From the NCBI GenBank assembly GCA_963723335.1, contig CAVRQJ010000008.1, forward strand, positions 6,915-70,914: DNA of 64,000 nucleotides, written 5' to 3'. The notes under the pieces are model-generated. The model searched no databases and had not been told where the DNA came from. It saw only the letters and a program-made list of their open reading frames with translations. The stretch is from an uncultured Alphaproteobacteria bacterium (GTDB taxonomy: Bacteria; Pseudomonadota; Alphaproteobacteria; Rhizobiales; Xanthobacteraceae). The translations under genes and the position numbers were made by a program. Below, piece by piece: positions 40,652-50,032 of this stretch. Every line of letters starts with the position of its first letter. Positions within the stretch are counted from its first letter, which is position 1.

Positions 40652-41308
40652 ATGTTTTCACTCCGCAAGAAGCTCGAAATGCCCGCCGCCGGCGAGGCCT
40701 TGCCGGGACGCCCGGCGCCGCTGCCGACCGCGCGGCAGCATTTCGTCCTCGGCCACGCCCTCAAGGGCCCTTATCCCGAAGGCATGGCGACGGCGATTTT
40801 CGGGCTGGGCTGCTTCTGGGGCGCGGAACGCAAATTCTGGGAACTCGGCGACGGCATCTACACCACTGCGGTCGGCTATGCCGGCGGCCTGACGCCCAAT
40901 CCGACATACGAAGAGGTGTGCTCCGGCCGCACCGGGCACAACGAGGTCGTGCTTGTCGTCTATGACCCGAAGAAAATCTCTTACGAGCGCCTGCTCAAGA
41001 CATTCTGGGAGAGCCACGATCCGACCCAGGGCATGCGCCAGGGCAACGACGCCGGCACGCAGTACCGCTCGGGCATTTACGTGTTCACGCCGGAGCAGCG
41101 CGCGGCGGCGGAAGCATCGAAGGCGGCCTATGCCAAGGCGCTCGACGCCGAGCGCATGGGCCCGATCACGACCGAAATCGTCGACGCGCCGCCGTTCTAT
41201 TTCGCCGAGGATTATCATCAGCAATATCTCGCCAAGAATCCGCGCGGCTATTGCGGCCTCGGCGGCACCGGCGTGAGCTGCCCGATCGGGACGGGCGTGG
41301 CGGCATAA
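40652..41308 (+). CDS. msrA: peptide-methionine (S)-S-oxide reductase MsrA
   Basis: [13 protein letters not shown] active site. SD CAGGAGG. 218 aa from the internal ATG. Confidence 0.93.
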   Translation: MFSLRKKLEMPAAGEALPGRPAPLPTARQHFVLGHALKGPYPEGMATAIFGLGCFWGAERKFWELGDGIYTTAVGYAGGLTPNPTYEEVCSGRTGHNEVVLVVYDPKKISYERLLKTFWESHDPTQGMRQGNDAGTQYRSGIYVFTPEQRAAAEASKAAYAKALDAERMGPITTEIVDAPPFYFAEDYHQQYLAKNPRGYCGLGGTGVSCPIGTGVAA

Positions 41309-41324
41309 GCACGCGAAAGAGAGT

Positions 41325-41400
41325 GGCGAATAGCGAATAGGCGTGATCTCCCTCTATTCGCTGCTCGCGCGTACTCGCTACTCGCCATTCGCTATTCGCC
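41325..41400. repeat. palindromic element, family E (GGCGAATAGCGAATAGG ... CCATTCGCTATTCGCC)
   Basis: Inverted GAATAGCGAATAG-type arms about 45 nt apart, just downstream of msrA. Confidence 0.75.
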
Positions 41401-41439
41401 GGTTATAGTCACTCCGCCAACATTTCCCGGAGCTCTCCG

Positions 41440-41961
41440 ATGCGATGGCCGGACGGACGCTATATTCAGGCGGCGGTATTTTTCAGCCGCTGGCTTCTGG
41501 CGCCGTTCCTCATCGGTCTCCTGTTGTGCCTGTTCCTGCTGATCTACCGGTTCTTCGCCGATCTCTTCGTGTTCGCTATCCAAGTGCGGGGCACGAACTG
41601 GCACGATCTCATCACCGGCGTGCTCAATCTCGTCGATCTGGCGCTGACGGCGAATCTCGTCCTGATCGTCATTTTCTCCAGCTATGAAAACTTCATTCGC
41701 CGAATCGATCCGGCTGCCCATCCCGACTGGCCCGAGGGCCTCACCCAGGTCGATTTCGGCGAGCTCAAGCAGAAGCTTCTGGGCTCGATCGTCGGCATCG
41801 CCGCCGTCGACGCGCTGGCCTGGTATTTCGACCTCGAGAAAGAGCCGGATACGTCGAAGCTTGTTTGGGTGCTCGGCTTTCCCCTCGTTCTGGCAATCGT
41901 CATGCTGATCCTGGCGGTTGCCGACTGGTTCAGCAGCCGCCGGAAGATGGCGGCGAAGTAA
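41440..41961 (+). CDS. UPF0114/YqhA family membrane protein
   Basis: 173 aa. SRWLLAPFLIGLLL, FSSYENF and KLLGSIVGI motifs. Confidence 0.82.
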   Translation: MRWPDGRYIQAAVFFSRWLLAPFLIGLLLCLFLLIYRFFADLFVFAIQVRGTNWHDLITGVLNLVDLALTANLVLIVIFSSYENFIRRIDPAAHPDWPEGLTQVDFGELKQKLLGSIVGIAAVDALAWYFDLEKEPDTSKLVWVLGFPLVLAIVMLILAVADWFSSRRKMAAK

Positions 41962-42012
41962 CCGCCCGGCCGCGCAAAACGGCCCTCTGGCCGGGCCTCC
42001 GGTGAGGGTTTG

Positions 42013-42020
42013 TTAACCAT
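42013..42020 (+). promoter_or_regulatory. TTAACCAT (CtrA half-site-type 8-mer)
   Basis: Exact 8-mer about 55 nt upstream of the exporter ATG. A single half-site is weak evidence. Confidence 0.25.
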
Positions 42021-42074
42021 AAATGGGCGATTAATCGGACCTCGGCTTTGGCTCGAACGGGGTCGGATTCGCGT

Positions 42075-42881
42075 ATGCGGGTTTCCCGCTTTCTCATACT
42101 GCTATTTGCCGCGGCACTTACGGTGGCGGGCTGCGCCCAGCAGCCGGTGGTGCGCTACCAGATGGCCGCCGCGCCCAGCCCCTATGGCATCGATAATGTC
42201 GTCTATGGATCGCCGGCGCCGGCTTACCGGCCTGCCGCCGCGCCGGCCTATGGCATGGCCCCGCCGCCGCAGCCCGCTTACGCGGCACCCCCGCAGGCCT
42301 ACGCCGCGCCGCCGCCTTACAGAATGATGGCGACATCCGCCCCTGTCGCGATGGCCGCGGGTTATCCCGGCGCGCAACCGGTGGTGCCGGCCGCCTATGC
42401 GCCGCCCGGGCCGCCGCCGCAGCCGGCCTACACGCTTGATTCCGGCGACCGGTTGCGCGTCGTGATCTTCGGCCAGGACGGCCTGACCAATTCCTACGTC
42501 GTCGACGTCAGCGGCCAGATCGCCATGCCACTGATCGGTATTGTCCCGGCGCGCGGCCTGACCACCGATCAGCTTTCGGAACGGATCAGCGGAATGCTGC
42601 GCCAGGGCTTTATCCGCGAGCCGCATGTCGCGGTCGAGGTCGAGGCCTACCGGCCGTTCTTTATTCTCGGCGAGGTCGCGCAGCCCGGCCAATATCCCTA
42701 TGTCGCCAACATGACGGTGGAAACCGCGGTGGCGATCGCCGGCGGTTTCGGCCCGCGCGGATTCCGCAGGACCGTCACCGTCAGCCGCAATCTCAACGGC
42801 CAGCTCATCCGCTTCGAGACGCCAATCACCGCGCAAGTGCGCCCGGGCGATACGATCCAGGTGCAGGAGCGCTGGTTCTAG
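42075..42881 (+). CDS. Wza/ExoF-like polysaccharide export outer-membrane lipoprotein
   Basis: Lipobox LTVAGC. P/A/Y-rich linker. Poly_export plus SLBB region YTLDSGDRLRVVIFGQ...FFILGEVAQPGQYPY. Confidence 0.85.
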   Translation: MRVSRFLILLFAAALTVAGCAQQPVVRYQMAAAPSPYGIDNVVYGSPAPAYRPAAAPAYGMAPPPQPAYAAPPQAYAAPPPYRMMATSAPVAMAAGYPGAQPVVPAAYAPPGPPPQPAYTLDSGDRLRVVIFGQDGLTNSYVVDVSGQIAMPLIGIVPARGLTTDQLSERISGMLRQGFIREPHVAVEVEAYRPFFILGEVAQPGQYPYVANMTVETAVAIAGGFGPRGFRRTVTVSRNLNGQLIRFETPITAQVRPGDTIQVQERWF

Positions 42882-42937
42882 CCGCGTCACGGACGCGGTG
42901 CTCCGTTATGCGCTGCACCGCGTCCGAAGCGTGCTTT

Positions 42938-43612
42938 TTACTTCACATGCTTTTTCAGGAAATCCATCGAGCACTGCCAAGCGACCTTGGCGGCCTCGGC
43001 GTTGTAGCTGCCGCGCTCGTCGCAATGGAAGCCATGCTGCGCGCCGGGATAGACGTAGATTTCGCAATCGCCGCCGCGCTTCTGCTTGATCGCATCAACG
43101 TCGGTCATCGGGATCGAAGCGTCCTGTTCGCCGAAATGCATTTGCACCGGCACTTTCGGCTTCTCATCGGCATTCTTGGCGATCTGCCCGCCGTAATAAC
43201 AAACGGCGGCGGACAGGCCGTTGAGCTTGCAGGCCGACAGAAATGAAATGGTGCCGCCCATGCAAAAGCCCATGATCGCGACCGGGCCGCTCTTCTTGAG
43301 CTCGTCGATCGACGCCTGGACGTCGCGCAGCATCGCGCCCCAATCCGGGTTGGCGACGAACTTTCGGGCGTTGGCGATCTCGTCGGGCGAGTAGCCCGAT
43401 TCGAAATTCGGCTGCTGACGGTCGAACACCGCCGGCGCGAGCGCGGCATAGCCTTCGCCGGCCAGACGGTCGCAGACCGCGCGGATGTGATGATTGACGC
43501 CGAAAATTTCCTGAACGAGGACGATGCCACCCTTCGCCGCTCCGGCCGGATCGGCGCGATAGGCGCCGAGCTTGAAATTATCCGACGACGTCAATGAAAA
43601 ATGCTTACCCAA
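42938..43612 (-). CDS. dienelactone hydrolase family protein
   Basis: VLVQEIFGVN and GFCMGG nucleophile elbow. TTG 43612 is preceded by AGGAGG; the ORF is open to 43642. Confidence 0.85.
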   Translation of the reverse strand: MGKHFSLTSSDNFKLGAYRADPAGAAKGGIVLVQEIFGVNHHIRAVCDRLAGEGYAALAPAVFDRQQPNFESGYSPDEIANARKFVANPDWGAMLRDVQASIDELKKSGPVAIMGFCMGGTISFLSACKLNGLSAAVCYYGGQIAKNADEKPKVPVQMHFGEQDASIPMTDVDAIKQKRGGDCEIYVYPGAQHGFHCDERGSYNAEAAKVAWQCSMDFLKKHVK

Positions 43613-43741
43613 GATGATCCTCCTGTGACTGACGACTTCCAACCCTCAACCGGGCCTAACATATCTCATTGCCGGTGTCGCTTGAATGGCAAGCTGACCC
43701 GCGCGCAGGGCGCGGTCTTGAAGAACCGGTAAGGCGGAGCG

Positions 43742-45364
43742 TCAGCGCGTGACGACGATGAAGTCCGTTCCCTCACCGGTTTCCTCGCCGAGACCCTGGT
43801 CGGACACGACCAGCGACGAGCCGGGAATCATCAGTTGGGAAATGTAGTCGATCGTCTCCTGCGGAATATCGAGGCGCGCGAGAACCGCAGCGGGGTTCTG
43901 CGGCGGCGTCTCGGCCGCGGGTTTCTCGTCGTCCTCGTCCCTGCGCCGGCCGCGTGTATGCCGGTCGTTGCGGCTGTCGTTCTCGGCCTTGCGTACGGGC
44001 TTTGCCGGCGGATCGCCCGGCAGCGACACGACGGTCCAGCGTAGCGCCGTGCGGTCGGCGCCGAGGAATTCCATCGCGGTGAAAACGTGCGTCCCCAGCG
44101 GCTGTTCCGGATGCTCGATGGTGATCGCGGCGTCGAACAGCGGCTCGAGATTCTGCCGCACGTAGATTTTCTTCTCCTTGCGGCTGACAAAGATCGCAAT
44201 CGGCTTTTTCTTGGCCACGGCGTCTCTGACCTGTTCCGCGAGCTTGGAGAGCGGCGCCGGTACGTCCGGCGCGGCGGTGGCAGAAGGCGTCACGTCAGCC
44301 GTCGCCGGCACGGCCGTCTGCACCACGGGAGCCGCAGATGTCGTGGCGGTATCCGTCGCGGCGGCCGGTTCGGTTTTCGGCGCGACCTGTGCCGGTGGGC
44401 CGGCGCTCGCCACATCTGCGGCCGGCGTTTCGGCCTTTGGCGTATCAGACTTGGTCGTGTCAGACTTGGTCGTATCGGATTTGGGCGCGTCCGGCTTCGG
44501 CGCGTCGGCTGCGGCGACATCCGGCTTCGCTGCGGCGGCAGCATCGGGGACGCTGCTTTCGCCGCTGCCGCGCAAGCCGATCTCGGACGGCTTTACCGTC
44601 ATTGCGGCATCGGCCGGCGGCGCATCGGCGGTCCTGGTGGCGTCGACGCTCTGCGCGGTCTTCACCGGCGGCGCAGATGATGGCGCGGGCGTGGGCGCGA
44701 CGGCGGCAACGGGCGGCAGATCCTTGTGCACGAACAGATGCGGATCGGAAAATTCGGACGGCGTGACTTCACCGCGCGCGATAATGACGCGCATGCCCAT
44801 CGTCGGCAGTTGCCACAGCCGCGCGGCAAAATCGTGCGGCATGCGGATGCAGCCATGCGACGCCGGATGGCCAAGCCCGACACCTTCGTGCAGCGCCACG
44901 CCGGACCAGGTGATGCGCTCCATGAACGGCATCGGCGCGTTGCTGTAGATATTCGAATGGTGAAAACGATCCCGTTGAATGATATCGAAGACACCCATCG
45001 GCGTCGGATGACCCGGCATGCCGGTCGCTACGGGCTCATCCGCGACATGGGTGCCGTTGCTGTAGAAGTGCAGCTTCTGCTGATTGATCGAAACCGAAAT
45101 GAACAGTGGGCCTTTCGGAATCTGGCCGAAAGGATCTTTGCTGGCGCGCTCGGTGTCCTTTTCCTTGTGTGCGCTTTTGTGCCTCGCCGATCGATCGGGG
45201 AGACGTTCGTACCCGTAGCCGTACAGGTGTCTGGCGGACGCCGGCGGCGAGCCCAATGTCAGGGCAAACGCCAGCGTCGACGCTGTGCCCAAGAGGATTC
45301 GGCCCAGGAGGATTCGGGTGTGTCGGCGCGGCAGGCCGCCGCGCCGCGAAAAGACGATGTTCAA
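43742..45364 (-). CDS. L,D-transpeptidase with long low-complexity linker and C-terminal extension
   Basis: YkuD core HEGVGLGHPASHGCIRM. TTG 45364 is preceded by GGGGGAG and gives signal peptide MNIVFSRRGGLPRRHTRILLG...ASA. The ORF is open to 45445. Confidence 0.82.
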   Translation of the reverse strand: MNIVFSRRGGLPRRHTRILLGRILLGTASTLAFALTLGSPPASARHLYGYGYERLPDRSARHKSAHKEKDTERASKDPFGQIPKGPLFISVSINQQKLHFYSNGTHVADEPVATGMPGHPTPMGVFDIIQRDRFHHSNIYSNAPMPFMERITWSGVALHEGVGLGHPASHGCIRMPHDFAARLWQLPTMGMRVIIARGEVTPSEFSDPHLFVHKDLPPVAAVAPTPAPSSAPPVKTAQSVDATRTADAPPADAAMTVKPSEIGLRGSGESSVPDAAAAAKPDVAAADAPKPDAPKSDTTKSDTTKSDTPKAETPAADVASAGPPAQVAPKTEPAAATDTATTSAAPVVQTAVPATADVTPSATAAPDVPAPLSKLAEQVRDAVAKKKPIAIFVSRKEKKIYVRQNLEPLFDAAITIEHPEQPLGTHVFTAMEFLGADRTALRWTVVSLPGDPPAKPVRKAENDSRNDRHTRGRRRDEDDEKPAAETPPQNPAAVLARLDIPQETIDYISQLMIPGSSLVVSDQGLGEETGEGTDFIVVTR

Positions 45365-45514
45365 TTGCTCCCCCAGCGGGAACTTCCGATTCGACCAACA
45401 AAGCTTAGTGGACGCGCGCCTTTCCCGCCACACGGCGGAAAACACAAGGATTTGACGATAATAGGGTATCGCACGACATGTCTATGACGCCTTAATCCGG
45501 CCGTCGCATGACAA

Positions 45515-46525
45515 TTATGACCGCACCAGCGCGAAAGCTTCCGCCAAAAGCTCGTATGAATGCCGCCGGGCGGCATGGTCATAGACCATCGTGGTGATCA
45601 TCAACTCGTCAGCCTGCGTTGTTTCGGCGAGCGCCAGCAAGCGATCCTTGACGCGGCCAATGCCGCCGATCACGAGCCGCGTGCGCTGCCGCCCCATGCG
45701 CTCGCGATCGATCGGCGTGTAGGGATAGGCTGCGGCTTCTTCCGGCGAGGCGAGCGGAAGGTATTCGCCTTTGGCGCGGCGGACGTAATGCAAATCCGCG
45801 CTTGCAGCAATGCGTTCCGCCTCGTCGTCGGTATCGGCAGCGATCGCCGCCACGCCGAGGATCGCATAGGGCTGCGCCAGTGTTGCCGACGGCTTGAAAT
45901 GTTCGCGATAGGTGAGCATGGCGCTAGCCGCGTCGTAATCGGCGAAATGGTGCGCGAAGGCGAAGCCCATGCCGACCACGGCAGCAAGCTCGGCACTATA
46001 GCCGCTTGAGCCAAGGAGCCAGATCGGCGGCAGCGCGACGTCGTCGGGCACCGCGCGCACATTGCGGAACGGATGATTTTCGGGAAAGCCGCCGCGCTCG
46101 AGCAACAGCAATTCCTGGAAGCGCTCGAGGAATTCGTCGCCTTGCCGCGGGTCCTGCCGTGCGCGCAGCGCATAGGAGGTCACCTGATCGGTGCCGGGCG
46201 CCCGGCCGAGGCCGAGATCGATACGGCCGGGGAACAGTGCTTCCAGCACCTTGAAGCGTTCGGCAACCATCAGCGGCGCGTGGTTCGGCAGCATCACGCC
46301 ACCCGAGCCGACGCGCATGCGCGTTGTCGCCGCGGCGATCTGCCCGATCATGATCTCGGGCGAAGAGCTGGCGATGTTCGCCAGATTGTGGTGTTCGGCG
46401 ACCCAGTAACGCTTGTAGCCGAGGTGGTCGGCAAGCCGCGCCAGATCGAGCGAATTGCGCAGCGCCACCGAACCCGGCGTGGCCGTGGTCACAGGCGACA
46501 GATCGAGGACGGAAAGCGGGATCAC
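45515..46525 (-). CDS. LLM-class (luciferase-like) flavin-dependent oxidoreductase
   Basis: IPLSVLDLSPV...YKRYWVAEHHN...GRIDLGLGRAPG. GTG 46525 chosen. The upstream ORF extension is Arg-rich and overlaps a better gene. Confidence 0.85.
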   Translation of the reverse strand: MIPLSVLDLSPVTTATPGSVALRNSLDLARLADHLGYKRYWVAEHHNLANIASSSPEIMIGQIAAATTRMRVGSGGVMLPNHAPLMVAERFKVLEALFPGRIDLGLGRAPGTDQVTSYALRARQDPRQGDEFLERFQELLLLERGGFPENHPFRNVRAVPDDVALPPIWLLGSSGYSAELAAVVGMGFAFAHHFADYDAASAMLTYREHFKPSATLAQPYAILGVAAIAADTDDEAERIAASADLHYVRRAKGEYLPLASPEEAAAYPYTPIDRERMGRQRTRLVIGGIGRVKDRLLALAETTQADELMITTMVYDHAARRHSYELLAEAFALVRS

Positions 46526-46571
46526 GCCAGCTATGAGCCCGGCGGCGGTGCGTCCGTCAATCCCGGCAGGC

Positions 46572-47198
46572 TCACCCGCTGGTCCGCTTCGCCGCGGCGC
46601 GCGGCTGAGCCGTTTGCGGCGTCCATGGGAAGCCCTGCGGCGCGCCGATGAAATTTTGGTCGGCTGCAGGCGCAGCGGCTCCGGCTTGCGGCCGGTACAG
46701 GCGATGCGCGACGCGGCGGCGCACGGTCTTGTGGGCGACCTTCGCGGCTGCGGCCGTATCGACCGATGCTGCCGGCACGGGTTTATCCGAAACGACGACG
46801 GGCGACGGCGGCGGCTCATCCGCCGGAGTACCGGCCGCAACCTGATCCTGCACGGCCGTTGTGCTGTCCGTACCGGCGTTCGGTGCGGCCTCCTGATGCG
46901 GGCCGTCATCGGCAGGGACCGTCTCCGCCTGCGGCGGGAGCGGCAATGATGGCGGTACGAGGACCGGCGCAGCGATTGCCGCCGGCACACTCACCTGAAA
47001 GCGAATGCCGAATGGCGCCGCCGCATCACCCACGGGTTCGACACTGTCGAACGCGAGTTGCAGCGACGGTTTGCCGTTCGACAAACCCGCGAGCGGTTCG
47101 TGGTTGACGCGGAATGCGGCAAACAATCCCAAACCGCAACTGATGCCGACAATCGAGGCAAGCACCGCCACGATCGTCAGACGGAAATTCGGAAACAT
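46572..47198 (-). CDS. hypothetical membrane-anchored Pro/Ala-rich protein
   Basis: N-terminal TM segment LTIVAVLASIVGISCGLGLFAAF. No family recognised. Confidence 0.55.
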   Translation of the reverse strand: MFPNFRLTIVAVLASIVGISCGLGLFAAFRVNHEPLAGLSNGKPSLQLAFDSVEPVGDAAAPFGIRFQVSVPAAIAAPVLVPPSLPLPPQAETVPADDGPHQEAAPNAGTDSTTAVQDQVAAGTPADEPPPSPVVVSDKPVPAASVDTAAAAKVAHKTVRRRVAHRLYRPQAGAAAPAADQNFIGAPQGFPWTPQTAQPRAAAKRTSG

Positions 47199-47334
47199 TC
47201 GACCTCGCAGAACGCCCGTGCGCGATCAAGCAGAAGGCACGCGTCACATCGGGGCTTAAGATCGTCGCGAGGGCAACACCGGAAGAACTGGGAGTCCGGA
47301 TCGTGCGACATTAGCTGAGTCGCGAAAAAGACAA

Positions 47335-47370
47335 CGTTAAAAATAAAAAGACCGGCGCTGCCGCGCCGGC
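47335..47370 (-). terminator. rho-independent terminator of the L,D-transpeptidase gene
   Basis: Minus strand reads GGCCGGCGCGGCAGCGCCGGTC followed by TTTTTATTTTT. Confidence 0.8.
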
Positions 47371-47392
47371 CTCGTCAATGCGATGGAACTTT

Positions 47393-48298
47393 TCAGCGCG
47401 TGATCGGCGTTTGTGACGATGCAGTGTCGGGCAGCCGGCCAGGCATCACCACGACCGTCGTGCCGACATTCACCCTGCTGTAGAGATCGGCGACATCGTC
47501 GTTCGTCAGCCTGATGCAGCCCGACGACACGAATGTGCCGATGGTCGACGGCTGGTTGGTGCCGTGAATGCGGTAGAGCGTGTTACCGAGATACATGGCG
47601 CGCGCGCCGAGTGGATTGGTGTCGCCGCCGGCCATGAAGCGCGGCAGATAGGGCTGACGCTCGATCATTTCCTTCGGCGGGAACCAGTCGGGCCATTCCT
47701 TCATGCGGCTGATGTGCTCGGTGCCGGTCCAGGTAAAGCCTTCGCGGCCGACGCCGATGCCGTAGCGGATGGCCTTGCCGGTGCCGAGGACGAGATAGAG
47801 ATACGTGTTCGGCGTATCGATGACGATGGTGCCGGCAGGCTCGATCGTGTTGTAGCTGACGATCTGGCGGCGGAACTGCGGCGGCACATCCTTGGACGTC
47901 CCCTGCTCGGGCTGGTCTTCCGGCGGCAGTCCGGCGACCACGGTCGCGTTGGCTGGCAGCGGCGCCGCATTGGCGCCCGGGCTGCGTATCGAGCCGGTCA
48001 CGTCGGCCGGGGCGGGAGCGCTCGCAACGCTGCCGGGCGGACGCTGCATGGTAGCGCCATCCACTGTCGGCATCGGCTGTGGCGCAAAATAAGGCCGATC
48101 CAGCGGCGGGTCGGCATAGGGAGCCTCGCCGGACGCGGGGCGGACATAGCGGGGATCGATCGGCGCGCCGCTGGCGTCGCGATAGACGGGGGCCTGGCCG
48201 GCATAGGGCGGCGGCGCCGGATAATACTGCGCAGTCGCACTGCCGAGCGAGCCGGCAAACGCCAAACCGGCAACTACGAGACTGATACTGGTACGCAA
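47393..48298 (-). CDS. L,D-transpeptidase (YkuD domain), paralog of 28097-28723
   Basis: RYGIGVGREGFTW...NPLGARAMYLGNTLYRIHGTN...SSGCIRL. TTG 48298 gives signal peptide MRTSISLVVAGLAFAG. The ORF is open to 48361. Confidence 0.88.
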   Translation of the reverse strand: MRTSISLVVAGLAFAGSLGSATAQYYPAPPPYAGQAPVYRDASGAPIDPRYVRPASGEAPYADPPLDRPYFAPQPMPTVDGATMQRPPGSVASAPAPADVTGSIRSPGANAAPLPANATVVAGLPPEDQPEQGTSKDVPPQFRRQIVSYNTIEPAGTIVIDTPNTYLYLVLGTGKAIRYGIGVGREGFTWTGTEHISRMKEWPDWFPPKEMIERQPYLPRFMAGGDTNPLGARAMYLGNTLYRIHGTNQPSTIGTFVSSGCIRLTNDDVADLYSRVNVGTTVVVMPGRLPDTASSQTPITR

Positions 48299-48514
48299 AA
48301 TGAACCCCCGGCACCCCAGATTCCCATGCTCATTTTTGCAGGCAAGATTTGGCGGGAACAAGGCAGAAAGCCGTGCACGCGGCGCGATATTGCCATCCGG
48401 ACGCCGGTTCCGCGCGCATGGTGAACAGTTCGTAACGACTGCGCCTTGTGCGGCAACGCCGCTGATATATTCTGGCCGCCGGGGATTTTTTACGTATTCA
48501 CTGGGGGATGGGAC

Positions 48515-49012
48515 ATGACGCGTATCGTCGCGCGGATCGTCTTATTGATGCTTTTGGGGACCGGCATTTCCGCCTTGAGCTTCTCGACAAAACTTCGCGC
48601 GCAAAATGCGCCAAACCAGCCCGTCATCCAAAATCCGATGATCAACGAGCTTCGCGGCAAGATTTTCGATGCCAAGATGACGCAGCAGACCTTCGCCGGC
48701 GGCCTGGCCCATTGCAGCGAACTGAACGGAACGAATTTCTATTTTCAGCCGCGTGATCGCGTTCTCAATCTCAGCGACTTTCACCGCTCGCTGGATAATC
48801 TGGTTTTACAAGCGGTCTTCAATCCGGAAACCAAACGGCCGTGGAATCAGCAGGATGCCAACGCGCGCTGGGAGCAGGTGCAAAAGCAGGCAATCACCGA
48901 TCAGGCCAACTGCACGCTCGTCGCAAGCCTGCCCGAGATGCAGAAGAAGCTTCTGGAACTGCAGCAAGCAGCAGCCGCGTCGCAAGGCAATCCGCCACCG
49001 AATAGCAAGTGA
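48515..49012 (+). CDS. hypothetical secreted protein, lower GC than neighbours
   Basis: Signal peptide MTRIVARIVLLMLLGTGISALS. Two Cys. No family recognised. Confidence 0.6.
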   Translation: MTRIVARIVLLMLLGTGISALSFSTKLRAQNAPNQPVIQNPMINELRGKIFDAKMTQQTFAGGLAHCSELNGTNFYFQPRDRVLNLSDFHRSLDNLVLQAVFNPETKRPWNQQDANARWEQVQKQAITDQANCTLVASLPEMQKKLLELQQAAAASQGNPPPNSK

Positions 49013-49018
49013 GGCATT

Positions 49019-49894
49019 ATGGACTGGACTGACCGGAGGGAGCGGCTGCGCTCCATCATTGCTGGACCGCGTTGCATCTATCCGGGTTCGGTCTACGACG
49101 CGATTTCCGCGCGCATTGCCGAGGACCTCGGTTTCGAGGCCGGAATGTTCGCCGGCTCGATCGGATCGTTCACCGTGCTCGGCGCACCCGATATCATCGT
49201 CCTTACGCTGACTGAATTCGCGCAGCAGGCTTACCGGATCAATCGCGCCGCCAGATTGCCGCTTCTGGTCGATGCCGACCACGGCTATGGCAACGCGCTC
49301 AACGTCAAGCGAACTGTCGAGGAGCTCGAAACCGCGGGCGTCGCCGCCTTGACGATCGAGGACACGGTCTTGCCGACGGCTTACGGCGCGGCCGCACCGG
49401 CTCTCATCCCGATCGCGGAAGGCGTCGGCAAGATGAAAGCCGCGATCGCCGGGCGGCAGGACAAACGTCTCGTCATTGTCGGCCGCACCAGCGCCATGGC
49501 GATGACCGGCGTCGCCGATACGATCGCGCGGCTCAAGGCCTATGAGGAAGCCGGCGTCGACATGCTGTTTTTGGTCGGCGTGAAAACACGCGCCCAGCTC
49601 GACGCGGTCGCGGCGGCGGTGAAGCTGCCGCTGTTTCTCGGCGGCGCCGGGGCCGAGCTTTACGACCTCGACTATCTCAGCGCGCGCAATGTCCGCATCT
49701 GCCTGCAAGGCCATCTGCCGTTCATGGCCGCGGTGCATGCCGTGCACGAGACGCTGAAGGCGCTGCGCGACGGCACGCCGCCGGCGGACATCAAGGGCAT
49801 CGCGTCGCCCGAATTGATGAAGCAGGTCACCCGCCACGCCGACTATACGAAGTGGTCCAAGGATTTCCTCGATGCCGCCCTGGCGGGCGGCTGA
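49019..49894 (+). CDS. isocitrate lyase/PEP mutase superfamily protein (oxaloacetate decarboxylase-like)
   Basis: 291 aa. LLVDADHGYGNALNV and AALTIEDT motifs. Confidence 0.85.
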   Translation: MDWTDRRERLRSIIAGPRCIYPGSVYDAISARIAEDLGFEAGMFAGSIGSFTVLGAPDIIVLTLTEFAQQAYRINRAARLPLLVDADHGYGNALNVKRTVEELETAGVAALTIEDTVLPTAYGAAAPALIPIAEGVGKMKAAIAGRQDKRLVIVGRTSAMAMTGVADTIARLKAYEEAGVDMLFLVGVKTRAQLDAVAAAVKLPLFLGGAGAELYDLDYLSARNVRICLQGHLPFMAAVHAVHETLKALRDGTPPADIKGIASPELMKQVTRHADYTKWSKDFLDAALAGG

Positions 49895-50032
49895 ATGCGC
49901 GCATGGGCTTGATTGGAAGCCTTCTCGTCAACAAATTGCGAGTTGTGCCCAACCGGATTTCGCCGCCGCCTCAACTCGGCTACAAGCTCCGGATTGAAGT
50001 TGAGTCCACCGCCGCGAGCAAGGAAATAACCA

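Noticed and set aside
46526-46990. N-terminal 155-aa extension of the LLM oxidoreductase ORF (MCRRQSLRRSS...)
   Set aside because: The extension is Arg/Pro/Ser-rich and overlaps the more protein-like TM-anchored ORF 46572-47198 in another frame. The LLM homology starts at GTG 46525 (IPLSVLDLSPV).
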